A stretch of 64,000 bases of DNA from Candidatus Bathyarchaeota archaeon (GCA_005888745.1 VBBS01000026.1:69424-133423), one strand, 5' to 3'. Shown: positions 35,401 to 45,445, counted from the first letter of the stretch. Numbers and translations are program-made. Notes: a model not told the origin generated them from the letters alone.

Positions 35401-35819
35401 AACTGCCGACAATGCTTGACAAAGTCAAAGAGCAGCTAGATCTTGCCGATAAGATCGTAGCCGTAAGAGGAGAAGAAGTAGCTAGGAAAGTCCTCGGAAC
35501 TCATATTCTACGAGACTTGGTAGGGAATCTGCGAACGTTCACGTCGCAGAGATCTCGATGCTCAAAGTGCAACTGGAAACCGCGCCGAGCACCTCTGAAA
35601 GGTGTCTGCGTCAAATGCGGAGGCAAGTTGGGACCTACCGTATTCAAAGCAGGCGTAGAGAAATACCTCCAAGTCGCCTTTGACATGGTCAAACGGTACA
35701 ATGTTGGCGAATACTACCGACAGAGACTCGATCTCATAAAAGTTGAACTGGACGAGACATTCAGGCCAATTGAGGCGGACAGAACGCAGACAAAGCTCTT
35801 GGTGGGAGATTTCGCCTAG
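32412..35819 (+). CDS. polC: DNA polymerase D (PolD) large subunit DP2
   Basis: 1135 aa. N-terminal ARSKGLDP...DLAERVE, Cys clusters CPQCG...CPVCG...CPKCG and C-terminal CSKCN...CVKCGG. Collinear with DP2, with no intein-sized insertion apparent. Confidence 0.9.
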   Translation: MQVLENRANHVYARRIEEEYNRQYAIASEARSKGLDPSWKVESQTTYDLAERVEKSVGPLGVAARIRDLSKLISREETALKISEDIVLGHFGSLEPEDAAEQAIRTALAVLDEAVTVAPIQGIHDVKIRTNVDGSKHLAVYFAGPMRSAGGTEMGLTMIVADYVRRQLNIPPYHASEQEAMRFVEELRLYERSIARFQYRNPDSVLKDAIIRLTVEPNGVETDPVEVAVNRNLMRVETNRVRGGALRVVNDGLLGRSTKVLKIVEKLGLEGWGWLAMMKTSSSEGEEAKEFMFMEDVVGGRPIFAFPGAAGGFRIRYGRSRNTGMASVGVHPATMEVLGGFLAVGVQMRLERPGKAGIVNAVDSIEPPVVKLNDGSVMRIDSPQEAKALRDKIQKILFLGDLLVGYGEFLENNRALVPSGFVESWWAQLLEEKLHDPENSSKARQFLNVSVERLQQFVTNPFSVKPRAGEAIGLSRSLGIPLHPAYTHFWSLITVQDVHYLREKLIHYLDQSCVLPYDEKLKDILEQARVPHKMVAGAIQLLDDDALVLRTILNLEAPATQVKGESSLEALCLMAGFPVKNKAPIFVGARMGRPEKAKERVMTPRVHGLFPTGQAGGPRRDVIEASKKSVVTLDLVDRRCPQCGRWESRLKCPVCGRETKMSTNCPKCGKPSHDSSSTCNGSLVAYRSVNVNLVEILEEAVGRLRLGKVEGSVKGVKGLINKTRMPEPLEKALLRAKSDVSVFKDGTLRFDASNAVLTQFRPGEIGLSLEKAHEIGYTRDMDGHELLDPRQLCALEIQDLVVSEACGEYLLKVSRFLDDLLTLYYGMDKFYKASKKEDLIGHLVVGLSPHTSVGAVGRIVGFTKASVCYAHPLYHAAKRRDCDGDEDSVSLLLDVLLNFSREYLPDRIGGLMDAPLLLAPLLNATEVARQAFNIETVTTFPIAFYEKTLVGANPKEIEDLVPTLNQARESSSDNWNIGFTHPTEDLDRARLTSAYKELPTMLDKVKEQLDLADKIVAVRGEEVARKVLGTHILRDLVGNLRTFTSQRSRCSKCNWKPRRAPLKGVCVKCGGKLGPTVFKAGVEKYLQVAFDMVKRYNVGEYYRQRLDLIKVELDETFRPIEADRTQTKLLVGDFA

Positions 35820-35833
35820 AAAGGGCGACAAGC

Positions 35834-36097
35834 GTGACACCACCCTACCATCCACGAGCCTACATCTCAGGAATGAGAAACGTCAACCGAGGGCTGGCAT
35901 CGAGATCGAAGATCATCGAGAGTCTGGAGAAGGGAAGGACACGAGTCGTTGAGATCAGCGAGAGAGCTGGTCTCACTGAGAGCTGTGTGAGCCATCACCT
36001 AAGACTGCTTCTCAAGCAAAGAGTCGTCGCCTCCGCGGCTGTTGGACGGGGAAACAGGTGGACCCTGACAAAGTACGGACAGGAAAAACTAGGGTGA
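35834..36097 (+). CDS. ArsR/SmtB-type winged-helix transcriptional regulator
   Basis: IIESLEKGRTRVVEISERAGLTESCVSHHLRLLLKQRVV is an ArsR-type HTH. Confidence 0.65.
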   Translation: MTPPYHPRAYISGMRNVNRGLASRSKIIESLEKGRTRVVEISERAGLTESCVSHHLRLLLKQRVVASAAVGRGNRWTLTKYGQEKLG

Positions 36098-36158
36098 ACA
36101 CAGGGCTGGTGCGTGAGATTGCAAAAAGGGGATATTCGGCGAAATCGGGTCCAGAGGG

Positions 36159-36728
36159 TTAATCGTCGCCTTGGTCGTTCTCGCTCTCGTGCTCGTGAAC
36201 TAGCTGGCCTCTGATCTCACCACCCGGGTTGGCTGTGGTGTGGACGTTGACGTAGGTGTTGCCCGCGAGGAGGGCTTTGACGAAGTCGTTCCAGCTGGTA
36301 ATTGACGGGCTGGCTTGAGTGTTGAGGTCTGCAGCCGCCCGGGTTCCTTCGGCGAGGGTCTTGCAACCGTGTTGCGAAGAGAAGAGAGCGCCGTGGAAGA
36401 AGGGAATGATAACAGGCCCATTTGTTCCTGCCGCGCCGACGTGGATGTGCGATGCCGTTACGTTGGCGATGTCGCATAGGATCACCCTGAATTCTATGGC
36501 GGTACCATTGTCAACGAGCCTAACCGTCGCCATCCCAAAAGCGCCTGTAGTTACGGCTGGGACTTGTTGGCTTCCGGTCAGATCTATATGGATTGTCACC
36601 TGATGGATCTCCTTGTTTTCGTCTGACGTTTCGTGTCCTTGATGCTCGGCGAGTGCTGGAGCTACTTGGACTGTGGCTACGAAGATCGCTAGAGAGACGA
36701 GAAGAGCAATCGACAATATTTTTTTCAA
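36159..36728 (-). CDS. Secreted CHRD-domain protein
   Basis: Signal peptide, SHIHVGAAGTNGPVI and NVHTTANPGGEIRGQL are CHRD hallmarks. Confidence 0.7.
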   Translation of the reverse strand: MKKILSIALLVSLAIFVATVQVAPALAEHQGHETSDENKEIHQVTIHIDLTGSQQVPAVTTGAFGMATVRLVDNGTAIEFRVILCDIANVTASHIHVGAAGTNGPVIIPFFHGALFSSQHGCKTLAEGTRAAADLNTQASPSITSWNDFVKALLAGNTYVNVHTTANPGGEIRGQLVHEHESENDQGDD

Positions 36729-36872
36729 ACTAAAACCTCCGTGGCTCCCGTATCTTTCGGGATCAGGATTTATGACTTTTCTAGAAAATGGGTTCTAAGA
36801 CAGCCGTGGATAGAGAGGGATGTTCATGGAAACCTCGAATTAGCCCAATCTTGCGGGGGCGTGTACTATGCA

Positions 36873-37664
36873 TTAGTAAGCTGCCTCAGTGGAAGTTGTT
36901 CCCTTCTGGATCTTCACCGTGGCAGAGACGGCGCGGTCGTCAGCGTTCTCCACTACGAAGAACCATTTTCCCTTCGAGAGTGCTGTAAATTCCAGCTTCG
37001 CATTTTCGATACCTTCCTCGCCTGTCTCGCTCCAGAATTCTTCGCCTTGATCGAGGTTGTCGAGATTGTCTTCATCGAGGAGGTATATGTTGACAAGGCC
37101 GGTTGCTATAACCTCACCTGAGAAATCCTTTCCAGCGTCCAGTTCAACATCGTACTCCGTATAGTCGCCTATGGCAATTTTCGGGTTGAAATTGGGGACC
37201 TGTTCTACGACCGGAGGTCTTGGGGCGGCTGTGACATTTGGCACGCCAAGCCTTGGCGCGGCGATTGTCGAACCGGTGAGCTTGGGGCCCGCTTTCGGTC
37301 CCATTGTTCTCGCTGGCTCCGGTTTCGGCGATGGCCTTTGATCGATTTTTGTCGACAATTGGCGATTTGGAATGGCGTGTTTTTCCAGAGGCCTGTGTTG
37401 CGGAACCTTAGTCTCGGTTTGGGAGTGACGGGTCGTCGCCGGAACCTTTGATGCCTGATGGGATGCCAACCCTTCCTTCGACAGGCTTATGTCCGCCAGC
37501 AATGGGAGTATGAGTGAGATGAGTATCAGCACGCCAGCGATGGGCCATGACAGTGCCTGGAAAAAAGCTGCCACCGTCATGATTATTGCAGTTATGTTGC
37601 CGAGGAACACCAAAGATCTGGATGACATGGCATCAACTATGGATATTGTCGAGAAATCGACCAT
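36873..37664 (-). CDS. Hypothetical membrane-anchored protein with a Pro-rich linker and a C-terminal beta-rich domain
   Basis: Two N-terminal TM segments, a low-complexity P/K/T linker and a roughly 110-aa C-terminal domain. Confidence 0.45.
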   Translation of the reverse strand: MVDFSTISIVDAMSSRSLVFLGNITAIIMTVAAFFQALSWPIAGVLILISLILPLLADISLSKEGLASHQASKVPATTRHSQTETKVPQHRPLEKHAIPNRQLSTKIDQRPSPKPEPARTMGPKAGPKLTGSTIAAPRLGVPNVTAAPRPPVVEQVPNFNPKIAIGDYTEYDVELDAGKDFSGEVIATGLVNIYLLDEDNLDNLDQGEEFWSETGEEGIENAKLEFTALSKGKWFFVVENADDRAVSATVKIQKGTTSTEAAY

Positions 37665-37906
37665 ACCAGCAGAAAACGGAATTGTAACCGGGAGAACTCA
37701 AGAAGAGGGGTAGGCCAGTCCTCTTCGGACTGCCCCGTTTAGGGGCAGACATCTCCTACCAAGCATGCACATGACGAACGGGACCATACTACTTTACGAA
37801 CCTCTGATCCTGTTTTGGCACAGCCTTTACATTTTCCAGCCATTCTTTCATAGCGACTCCCCTCGCGGTCGATTTTTCCCGCGCCACGCACTTCACGAGC
37901 CGTCAT

Positions 37907-38191
37907 TTGTCGCCCCCTAAACCTCAAGGACTTCCCAAACTATCATTTCCAGGAAAAATAGTAGGATCAAGTCTTCACTTGTACACATGCGATTTTTACG
38001 TTACCACAGCCAAATCACATGCTTGGAAACCCAGAGTCTTGACCCAACAGACCGATAAAGGAGAGAAAACGTCATACACGCCCACCGAGACGATTGCCCA
38101 GCCATGCAGATTCTGCGGAAAACCAACCACCAACAGCTACGCAAACATTCCGATATGCCCGGAATGCGCCAGAACCAAACGGCTGAACTAG
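37907..38191 (+). CDS. Hypothetical small protein with a C-terminal zinc ribbon
   Basis: CRFCGKPTTNSYANIPICPEC (CxxC...CxxC). Confidence 0.3.
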   Translation: MSPPKPQGLPKLSFPGKIVGSSLHLYTCDFYVTTAKSHAWKPRVLTQQTDKGEKTSYTPTETIAQPCRFCGKPTTNSYANIPICPECARTKRLN

Positions 38192-38514
38192 TTCTTTGAA
38201 CCTAGGCGGTCTTTCGCCTGTTTCGACATCCAATATCGAGCTAGAAACGATAATGCGATAGCAGGAGACAGGACTAGGCCGACAAGGATCAGCAAAGACC
38301 CCGCTGTAAACCCGCTCGAAGCACCGGTGGGCTGATTGCCTAGACTACCCGATTGACCAGCCTGAACCGGTGAAGTTACTCTTGGATTAGACCCGAATGT
38401 CGTCGAAGTCTGAGACGGAGCTGCCAGAATTCCGGGAAGAACGACGAGTCCGAGACCGATAAGTACGCCCAGTGTCAGACTGAGTCCTGCTCTGGTTCTT
38501 CTTCCGAGTCTCAA
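38188..38514 (-). CDS. Hypothetical small membrane/secreted protein
   Basis: 108 aa with N- and C-terminal hydrophobic segments around a Ser/Gly/Thr-rich middle. Confidence 0.35.
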   Translation of the reverse strand: MRLGRRTRAGLSLTLGVLIGLGLVVLPGILAAPSQTSTTFGSNPRVTSPVQAGQSGSLGNQPTGASSGFTAGSLLILVGLVLSPAIALSFLARYWMSKQAKDRLGSKN

Positions 38515-38601
38515 TATCGAGCCCTCTTCCCGGCCATGTCCATGGTACTCATTGGCTTAGGCTCAGCATAATCCCACGGCTTAGAACAACCCGATCCATT
38601 A

Positions 38602-39048
38602 TCAGAACGGCCTCAGCCTCCATGCCCGCCAGGTCTCACTCCACGAGACCGCAACTGCCGAAATGCCAAAGACAAAAGCCATGATATTGTGCGTGGAGAA
38701 GTCTGGCCGGTAGAAGATCGGGTAGAGTGCGAACATCACAGTGAACATGGTCGAATAGAACAAGTATCTTGGAAGCATGAATCCCAACACTCCGACAAAG
38801 TTCTGCAAAACTCCAACCTTCACCTGCTCGATCAGATGATATTCCCCTGTCAAGTCCTTCTCCAACAACCCCAGACCCCTCAGTTTCTCCAGATGGTGCA
38901 GGGCAACGCTAGGGCTACTCAGCCCCAAGGCTCTCTGAACGGGTCTAACACCGACAGCCTGTTTCTTTGAGCCTAGAATATGCCAGTAAACGCGCAAAGT
39001 CACACCTTTCAATTCGGACTCAATAACCCTCTCTCGTTCCTCCGCCAA
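38602..39048 (-). CDS. Membrane-tethered winged-helix regulator
   Basis: N-terminal wHTH (VRPVQRALGLSSPSVALHHLEKLRGLGLLEK) followed by 2-3 TM helices. Confidence 0.5.
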   Translation of the reverse strand: MAEERERVIESELKGVTLRVYWHILGSKKQAVGVRPVQRALGLSSPSVALHHLEKLRGLGLLEKDLTGEYHLIEQVKVGVLQNFVGVLGFMLPRYLFYSTMFTVMFALYPIFYRPDFSTHNIMAFVFGISAVAVSWSETWRAWRLRPF

Positions 39049-39190
39049 ATGCCAAATCTCCAGAGCGAGAGAAATCCTTAGTTCAATACAAGCTTACCCA
39101 TCAGCAAATGACGGCGTTCGGACTTCCGAACACCGTGTTCTAAACACTGGGATTAAGCCCACGCTCAACCCTATAGTGTGACGAACAAGC

Positions 39191-41086
39191 ATGATGTTTC
39201 AGAGAGCGACAACAGCATACCTACTCATTCTTGCGAGCCTCACTCTCATCCCGGTCTCGGTCATTCTCACAACTCCGACAGCGCATGGAATGATCCCGTT
39301 CACGTCATACCAAGACCTTCAAGCATTCATTCACACGAGCGGCTGCGGTGGCTCAACCCCAAGCTTCTATGGCCGTGGCGCTCTCACCACCGGTCAAGTA
39401 ACAGCCGGTCCTGCAGCCCAAGCGAATAGCGGTTCAGGCCAGGCTCCCGCTCACTCCGAGACCAACCAGCAAGTGTCAGGCGTTGACGAGCTCGACACTG
39501 TAAAGAACGATGGCCAGTACCTCTACACAATAACAAACGATTCCGTCGCTATCGCCCAAGCCTATCCGACTGCAGATGCCAGACTTCTATCCAGAATCGC
39601 CGTTAACGGGACTTTGCAAGGGATATTTGTAGTCGGCAATAGACTGGTTACCGTAAGCGAGATTCCAGGATACTCGTATCCCTACAATGGCGGAGGCGCA
39701 ACATTTCCCGCAATAGCCACAGGCGCTCCTCAACCTGGCAACATTGCAAAAATATATCCGATTCAATTGTCAAGAACTACTTCGCTCTCGGTCTTCGACA
39801 TCAGCAACCGTGCCAACCCGGTGATCACGAGCCAGGTTGATATGAACGGGACCTTAGCCGGTGCTCGTCTAATCGGAAACTACGTCTACCTTGTCGCAAC
39901 ACAGCCAGTCTTCTGCTACGGCGAGATCTTGCTCCCAGAGCGAATCGTCAACGGTCAAGTGGTAAAGACCACACCAACACAAGTCTATCACTCGGATGTT
40001 GTCGACCTAGGTTACAGCTTCACCACCATCGTCGGATTTGACACGACACAGAACAACCCCAGTCTGGTCGCGAGGACCTATGTGATCGGAACGACTAGCA
40101 CCATCTACGTTTCTCTGCATGACATATATCTCACGCAGCCGTTATGGAGCCAGGGCCAGCAGACGATAGTGCACCGTATCAACATCGACGGGCTCGCAAT
40201 CACCTACCAGTCGACAGGGGCGGTACCCGGACACGTTCTAAACCAGTTCTCCATGGACGAGTACAACGGATACCTCAGGATTGCAACAACCAACTGTTGT
40301 AGCCAGATTGGCAGTCCCATGCCGCTCGCCTACGTGTCAGTCAGCCAGCAGGAGACAAATGTCTATGTCCTCGACAAGAGCCTCCACATCACCGGAAAAC
40401 TAGAAGGACTCTCGCCAGGCGAACAGATCTATTCTGCCCGGTTCATGGGCGACATAGCCTACCTTGTCACATACAAGCGAACAGACCCGCTCTTTGTCAT
40501 AGGCCTCCAAGACGCCGCCCGGCCCACGGTGCTAGGCCAGCTCAACGTAACAGGCGTCTCAGACTACCTACAACCATACGATGAGACACATCTCATCGGA
40601 ATCGGCCAGTCAGGCGCCGACGTAGCCTGGGAGAACGCAGTCCAGTTCACAGGTCTGAAGATCTCCCTCTTCAAAGTCACCGACCCGAACAAACCGATTG
40701 AGACAAGCAGATACCTTATCGGCGGTCCCGGAACAAGCTCGCCCGCCATCAACGACCACAAAGCAGTCCTCTTCGACAGGACACTCAACCTCCTCGTAAT
40801 TCCGGTCGAGGTGACCGCGCAACCACAAAATTCAACATCCTGGTACTCGTACCAGCCAACCTGGCAAGGAGCATACGTCTTCAACATCACACCCGACAAT
40901 GGCATCATCTTCAAAGGAGGAATAACACAATTGCAAAACGGCCAACTGCCAACGTGGCAAGACAACAATCTCTTCATCACCAGAACACTCTACATTGGAA
41001 ACGTGCTATACACTATCTCAAACAACATGGTACAAATGAACAGCCTTACAGATCTCTCCGAACTCGGCTCAGTCAGTCTCGCCTAA
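39191..41086 (+). CDS. Secreted beta-propeller domain protein (COG4880 / Beta_propel-like)
   Basis: Signal peptide. DELDTVKNDGQYLYTI, IYSARFMGDIAYLVTYKRTDPLFVIGL and SDYLQPYDETHLIGIG are typical of this family. Confidence 0.55.
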   Translation: MMFQRATTAYLLILASLTLIPVSVILTTPTAHGMIPFTSYQDLQAFIHTSGCGGSTPSFYGRGALTTGQVTAGPAAQANSGSGQAPAHSETNQQVSGVDELDTVKNDGQYLYTITNDSVAIAQAYPTADARLLSRIAVNGTLQGIFVVGNRLVTVSEIPGYSYPYNGGGATFPAIATGAPQPGNIAKIYPIQLSRTTSLSVFDISNRANPVITSQVDMNGTLAGARLIGNYVYLVATQPVFCYGEILLPERIVNGQVVKTTPTQVYHSDVVDLGYSFTTIVGFDTTQNNPSLVARTYVIGTTSTIYVSLHDIYLTQPLWSQGQQTIVHRINIDGLAITYQSTGAVPGHVLNQFSMDEYNGYLRIATTNCCSQIGSPMPLAYVSVSQQETNVYVLDKSLHITGKLEGLSPGEQIYSARFMGDIAYLVTYKRTDPLFVIGLQDAARPTVLGQLNVTGVSDYLQPYDETHLIGIGQSGADVAWENAVQFTGLKISLFKVTDPNKPIETSRYLIGGPGTSSPAINDHKAVLFDRTLNLLVIPVEVTAQPQNSTSWYSYQPTWQGAYVFNITPDNGIIFKGGITQLQNGQLPTWQDNNLFITRTLYIGNVLYTISNNMVQMNSLTDLSELGSVSLA

Positions 41087-41218
41087 ACAGGCCGAAAAAC
41101 GAACCTCCGAGAAATCCTTCAATTTTCTCCTTTTTCCTTCGTCTTGGACAGAGACGGGTTTGTCGAACCCGAGTCTATGGAGCACGTATTCGGAAGATCG
41201 AGAGCGAGTCCTGGGTTG

Positions 41219-41563
41219 CTAGATGTTCCAGCTTCGTTTCATGACAGGCTTGATCCGTATGTAGGTTCCAGGACCCATGTATCCCGTATGCTTGACAATA
41301 TCTGCCCTTCCTTGCATTTTGATCCCGCGCGGAGCCCAGGGTTTCATGGTCTTCAGATCATCGACAACGAACGAAACCCGAGGATTCTCTAGCACATTCT
41401 TGTACTTCATAGTGTTTGTAACGTCCCGGCCACTCACGTAGATGTACTCACCGTCGGTGTCGAAGCTGACCGCAGCAACGTCAGGTCTCCCTAACTTGGA
41501 CGAAGTCCCGATTCTAGCAAGTGGCTGAGATTTCAGATAGGCTAATTCTTTCTCCGAGAACAA
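41219..41563 (-). CDS. PPOX-class (pyridoxamine 5'-phosphate oxidase-like / F420-dependent) split-barrel protein
   Basis: LAYLKSQPLARIGTSSKLGRPDVAAVSF...YIYVSG...NPRVSFVVDD. Confidence 0.65.
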   Translation of the reverse strand: MFSEKELAYLKSQPLARIGTSSKLGRPDVAAVSFDTDGEYIYVSGRDVTNTMKYKNVLENPRVSFVVDDLKTMKPWAPRGIKMQGRADIVKHTGYMGPGTYIRIKPVMKRSWNI

Positions 41564-41726
41564 TCACTCACGACTCTCTCAGAGAACTCCATGTCCAGAC
41601 TATATCAGTTCTCCCCGCCTCCGACGCGTCTAGTTAGAACCGAGCAGAGATGCTTCCGATCAGAGACTCGATCGGCTCAATAAGCTCCGCTGATTGGCAA
41701 TATAAAAAAGGGTAGTGAAGGTGTCC

Positions 41727-43538
41727 TTAGAGTTCGCTGACTAGTGGGACGTTTCGTTTCGGCACGAGTCCTCGGCCTCTTACTCTGAAAGGTGGCGGGC
41801 CGCTGAAGGGCAGGGTTTGTAGGAACTGTGGCTTCTGACGTGCCTGTGTGACGGTTTCGAAGCCGGAGGCAAGCTTGATCAGTGTGGGTTCGCTGAAAGC
41901 GGTGCCCATGAAGGAGATGCCTACTGGGACCCCGAAAGTCATGCCTGCTGGGACATTGATTATAGGATAGCCTACGATTGCGCACGGCGAAGAGGTTCCG
42001 AAGACGAAATGGTCGCTATTGATCAGGTCGGTGGGCCAGGGTGGGTTGTCTGTCCCGGCGATTAGTGCGTCAAGATTGTTGTCTTTCAACAGCTGGTCTA
42101 TTCCCTCGGTCGCTCCAATCTTCTGGTCAATGGCTAGCGAGTCGTTGTATGACAAGCCGAGGGGTTGTATGGCGTTCGGGTCCGAGCTGAACATGTTTGC
42201 CAGATCGAATATTTCCTGTGCGAAGAAGGGCATCTCCTGGCTGGCGTTGGCGTTGTTGAAGTCGATTAGGGCCTGAAGTGTTGGGCTGGCGATAGGTACG
42301 CCTGTTCGGGTCGTGAGATAGTTTGCAATGTCTATCTTGAAATCAAAGAGAAGCACCGTGAACTCTGCAAGCCCGGTGTTGATGTCGGCGAGGTGCGGGA
42401 AAGAGATAGGGTCTACCAGGGTCGCTCCGGCGCTTCCAATTGCGGTAATGGCTGAGTCGAAGATTGCATCGGCATGGGGGCTGAACCCTTCGAAGTCTCG
42501 AACAACTCCTATTCTGGCGCCTTGAAGGCCCTTCGAGTTCAAGAACGCTCTGTAGTCGGCCGGCAGAGCCGGCCTCGGTTGGCCGAGCTTGCCGAGCGGA
42601 CTAGCGCTGGTAGCAGGGTCGCGCGGGTCAGGGGTTCTCTGCGCGATAGCTGTCAACACGGTTGCTGCATCGGCAACTGTTCGGGCGTGCGGGCCGACAG
42701 TGTCCTGAGTGTGTGAGATTGGGATAACGCCTGCTCGGCTGACAAGGCCAACAGTCGGTTTGATACCTACGACACCGTTTGCGTTCGCTGGGCAGACGAT
42801 GCTGCCATCGGTCTCAGTGCCAATAGAAACCGTGGTCAGGTTTCCGGAAGTCGCTGCCCCGGATCCCGAGCTGGAGCCGCATGGGTTTCGGTCGATTGCG
42901 TAGGGATTGTTGCACTGGCCCCCGCGGCCGGACCAGCCGCTGGAGGAGAAGAAGGAACGGAAGTTTGCCCATTCACTCAAGTTGGTTTTGCCTAGGATTA
43001 TTGCACCGGCGGCACGAAGATGTGCGGCAACGGTTGAATCCTGTAGGGCTGGTGTCCCGACCAGGGCGAGAGAGCCTGCAGCCGTCTGCATTTGATCATG
43101 TGTGTCGATATTATCCTTCAAGAGGATAGGTATGCCATGGAGCATTCCAGGGAAGGGATGGGCCTGTGCATCGAGCTGATGTGCAATTGTCAATGCGTCT
43201 CGGTTCACCTGAAGAAGCGAGTTGAGCCTCGGGCCGCTCTGGTCGAGAGCACGAATCCGATTCTCGTACATGTTCACAACGGAGGTTGCGGTTAATGTTC
43301 CGGCCGTATATTGTGCTTCAAGTTGTGCTATGGTGACCTCCTCGATGCCTGGGCTTGGCGGGCTCTGAGGTGTCAGAGTAGGCGTTATTGCCGATGGGAG
43401 GAACGGAATCTTCCCCAGTAAGCCGCCGGCTCCTGCGGCTACAGCTGCCACACCTGTGCCGTACTTGAGAAAGTCTCGCCTTGAAACGCTTTTCTTTGTC
43501 ACTGTCTCGTGATTGCTATTTTCGGTTTCATCGGTCAA
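41727..43538 (-). CDS. Amidase-signature family amidase with a Tat signal
   Basis: SRRDFLKYG twin-arginine motif. GIPILLKDNIDT and PCGSSSGSGAATS are amidase signature sequences. Confidence 0.8.
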   Translation of the reverse strand: MTDETENSNHETVTKKSVSRRDFLKYGTGVAAVAAGAGGLLGKIPFLPSAITPTLTPQSPPSPGIEEVTIAQLEAQYTAGTLTATSVVNMYENRIRALDQSGPRLNSLLQVNRDALTIAHQLDAQAHPFPGMLHGIPILLKDNIDTHDQMQTAAGSLALVGTPALQDSTVAAHLRAAGAIILGKTNLSEWANFRSFFSSSGWSGRGGQCNNPYAIDRNPCGSSSGSGAATSGNLTTVSIGTETDGSIVCPANANGVVGIKPTVGLVSRAGVIPISHTQDTVGPHARTVADAATVLTAIAQRTPDPRDPATSASPLGKLGQPRPALPADYRAFLNSKGLQGARIGVVRDFEGFSPHADAIFDSAITAIGSAGATLVDPISFPHLADINTGLAEFTVLLFDFKIDIANYLTTRTGVPIASPTLQALIDFNNANASQEMPFFAQEIFDLANMFSSDPNAIQPLGLSYNDSLAIDQKIGATEGIDQLLKDNNLDALIAGTDNPPWPTDLINSDHFVFGTSSPCAIVGYPIINVPAGMTFGVPVGISFMGTAFSEPTLIKLASGFETVTQARQKPQFLQTLPFSGPPPFRVRGRGLVPKRNVPLVSEL

Positions 43539-43736
43539 TTTTCTATTCTCCTAGAAAAGCCGTAAAGGTGGTCTAGCGTGGGGAAGAATTCTTAACAGTT
43601 TCGGACGTTCCTCTGTTACAAGATCTCTAGCGCTAACTAGCCTGAAGTTGTGGCTAAAGTCGGGCATGATATTCTGGGTCCGTCGGCCGTAAGCAACTAG
43701 GATTATGAATCGCATCCTTCAGACATGCGCCCGGAC

Positions 43737-44564
43737 TCACTTCTGGAACTCTGCCATGCTACTCTGCAAAGGGCCGGGTTCCCTCGACAATTCTTTCCAA
43801 TCGAGTTCGGCCAGTCCTGCCAACCGTCGAAACTCGTTCACCGACCCTGGGCCGAAACCTGCGAAGTGGTTGTTGAAGAAGATAAAACCCTGCTTGAACA
43901 AGCTAGACTTCTCTTCTAAGGCCGTGTACCATCTTCGCATGACCTCGCCCTGATCCCGTTGCTTCCCGCCGAAATTTGTGATCGACCTGTCACCCACCAT
44001 ACGTAGGTATGCCACGTCGGATGTGGCCTCTGGTGGAGTTGAAGCGTATTGGTTCTCGGACCAAGCGAGGCTGACATTGCTCGTCTCGAGCAGCTTGTAG
44101 ATGTCAGGTTTGAACCATGACTTGTTGCGGAATTCGATGGCGTGGACGTAGTTTTTGTCCGTCTGTCCAAGAAAGATCTCCAGCGCCTCTTTGTCTTTCT
44201 TGTAATTGAACGATGGAGGAAGCTGGATCACCAAGGCGCCAAGCTTCTCTCGGAATCCCGACAAAGCTTTGTAAAACCGTTCTAGCTGCGCCTGGCTGTC
44301 CCGCAGTTTCAGCTCGTGCGTGATCTTCTTAGGAAACTTTGCAGTGAAGAGAAAACCGTTAGGCGTTGCACGTTTCCAGTTGGACACCATGAAGGGCGAC
44401 GGTGTTCGATAGTAGCTGGAATCAATTTCAACAGCGTTGAAGACTTGCGAGTACATTCGAAGATAATCAATGGGCTTGGCATCCCTAGGGTAGAATGGGC
44501 CGACCCAGTCCTGGTAGGACCAGCCGCTGCACCCGATCCTCAACTTGTTCGCGTCAAGAGGCAA
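43737..44564 (-). CDS. DUF72 (UPF0759) family protein, copy 1
   Basis: IGCSGWSYQDWVGPFYP and NAVEIDSSYY are family hallmarks. Confidence 0.75.
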   Translation of the reverse strand: MPLDANKLRIGCSGWSYQDWVGPFYPRDAKPIDYLRMYSQVFNAVEIDSSYYRTPSPFMVSNWKRATPNGFLFTAKFPKKITHELKLRDSQAQLERFYKALSGFREKLGALVIQLPPSFNYKKDKEALEIFLGQTDKNYVHAIEFRNKSWFKPDIYKLLETSNVSLAWSENQYASTPPEATSDVAYLRMVGDRSITNFGGKQRDQGEVMRRWYTALEEKSSLFKQGFIFFNNHFAGFGPGSVNEFRRLAGLAELDWKELSREPGPLQSSMAEFQK

Positions 44565-44620
44565 TAGGGCTTCAAAGAAATACTTCAGCAGGTTGTTAAA
44601 AGACTCTTGACTGAGAGTGC

Positions 44621-45445
44621 CTAAAACATTGGTGTGTTGGAGAATACGATTCCCTGCTGCGTAATATGATAGAAATATCCCCGTGACGGGGTTGGATTAC
44701 GTCCGATTTTCAACACCTTCAACGTCCCACCCTTCAACAGGACTTCTCCCTGTCGCTTTCTCATTTCGATGACTCCGTCCGCGAGGTTCGCAGTCGCGTT
44801 TTCTACATTCATATCAACGACCTCTGTGTGCAAGACCGAGATGGTTACCGCTCGGGCGATTTGTGTCGCGAAACGCATTACCTGAACATACTGGTAAACA
44901 CGCCTCGCTTCTGCTAGTAGGAAAAATGGGGTGATGGAGTCCATGACAATCACCTTAGGACCAATGCTCGGTTTCATCGCAAAACTCCTCCCCTGGGCGA
45001 GGAGGTCTTGAAACCTCAGTGTCTCCTCCAAGATGTCCCCCGGGTCCATTTTGGGAAGCGATTCGGCTAGTTTCTGGGCCCCCAGAGAGAACATGTCGAC
45101 AAACTCGAGGCGTCCTTCCTCTTCGATCCTCGTTACCGCAATATGATGATCCTCAAGACCTAACTTGACTACATCGGCTGGATCATCTATGCAGTAGTAG
45201 AGAAGCTGACACCCCTGACGAAGAAAATTCGCCACCAGTTCTCGGACGAGAGCAGACTTGCCACTTCCAATCGGACCCATGAGCGCAACACTTGACGGAC
45301 GAGGAATACCTCCGCCACTGACATTGTCGAGAATAGGAATGCCTGTCGGCTGCACAGCCTCCACTCTGTGATCCACCGGGGATCGTTTCAACGCCCACAG
45401 TATTCCTTGTCCACCAGACAAGTGCTGTGGTTCGAAAGGCTCCAT
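44621..45445 (-). CDS. KaiC/RecA-superfamily ATPase
   Basis: GIPILDNVSGGGIPRPSSVALMGPIGSGKS (Walker A). Start placed at MEPFEPQ, because the longer ORF overlaps the upstream PAP2 gene. Confidence 0.65.
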   Translation of the reverse strand: MEPFEPQHLSGGQGILWALKRSPVDHRVEAVQPTGIPILDNVSGGGIPRPSSVALMGPIGSGKSALVRELVANFLRQGCQLLYYCIDDPADVVKLGLEDHHIAVTRIEEEGRLEFVDMFSLGAQKLAESLPKMDPGDILEETLRFQDLLAQGRSFAMKPSIGPKVIVMDSITPFFLLAEARRVYQYVQVMRFATQIARAVTISVLHTEVVDMNVENATANLADGVIEMRKRQGEVLLKGGTLKVLKIGRNPTPSRGYFYHITQQGIVFSNTPMF

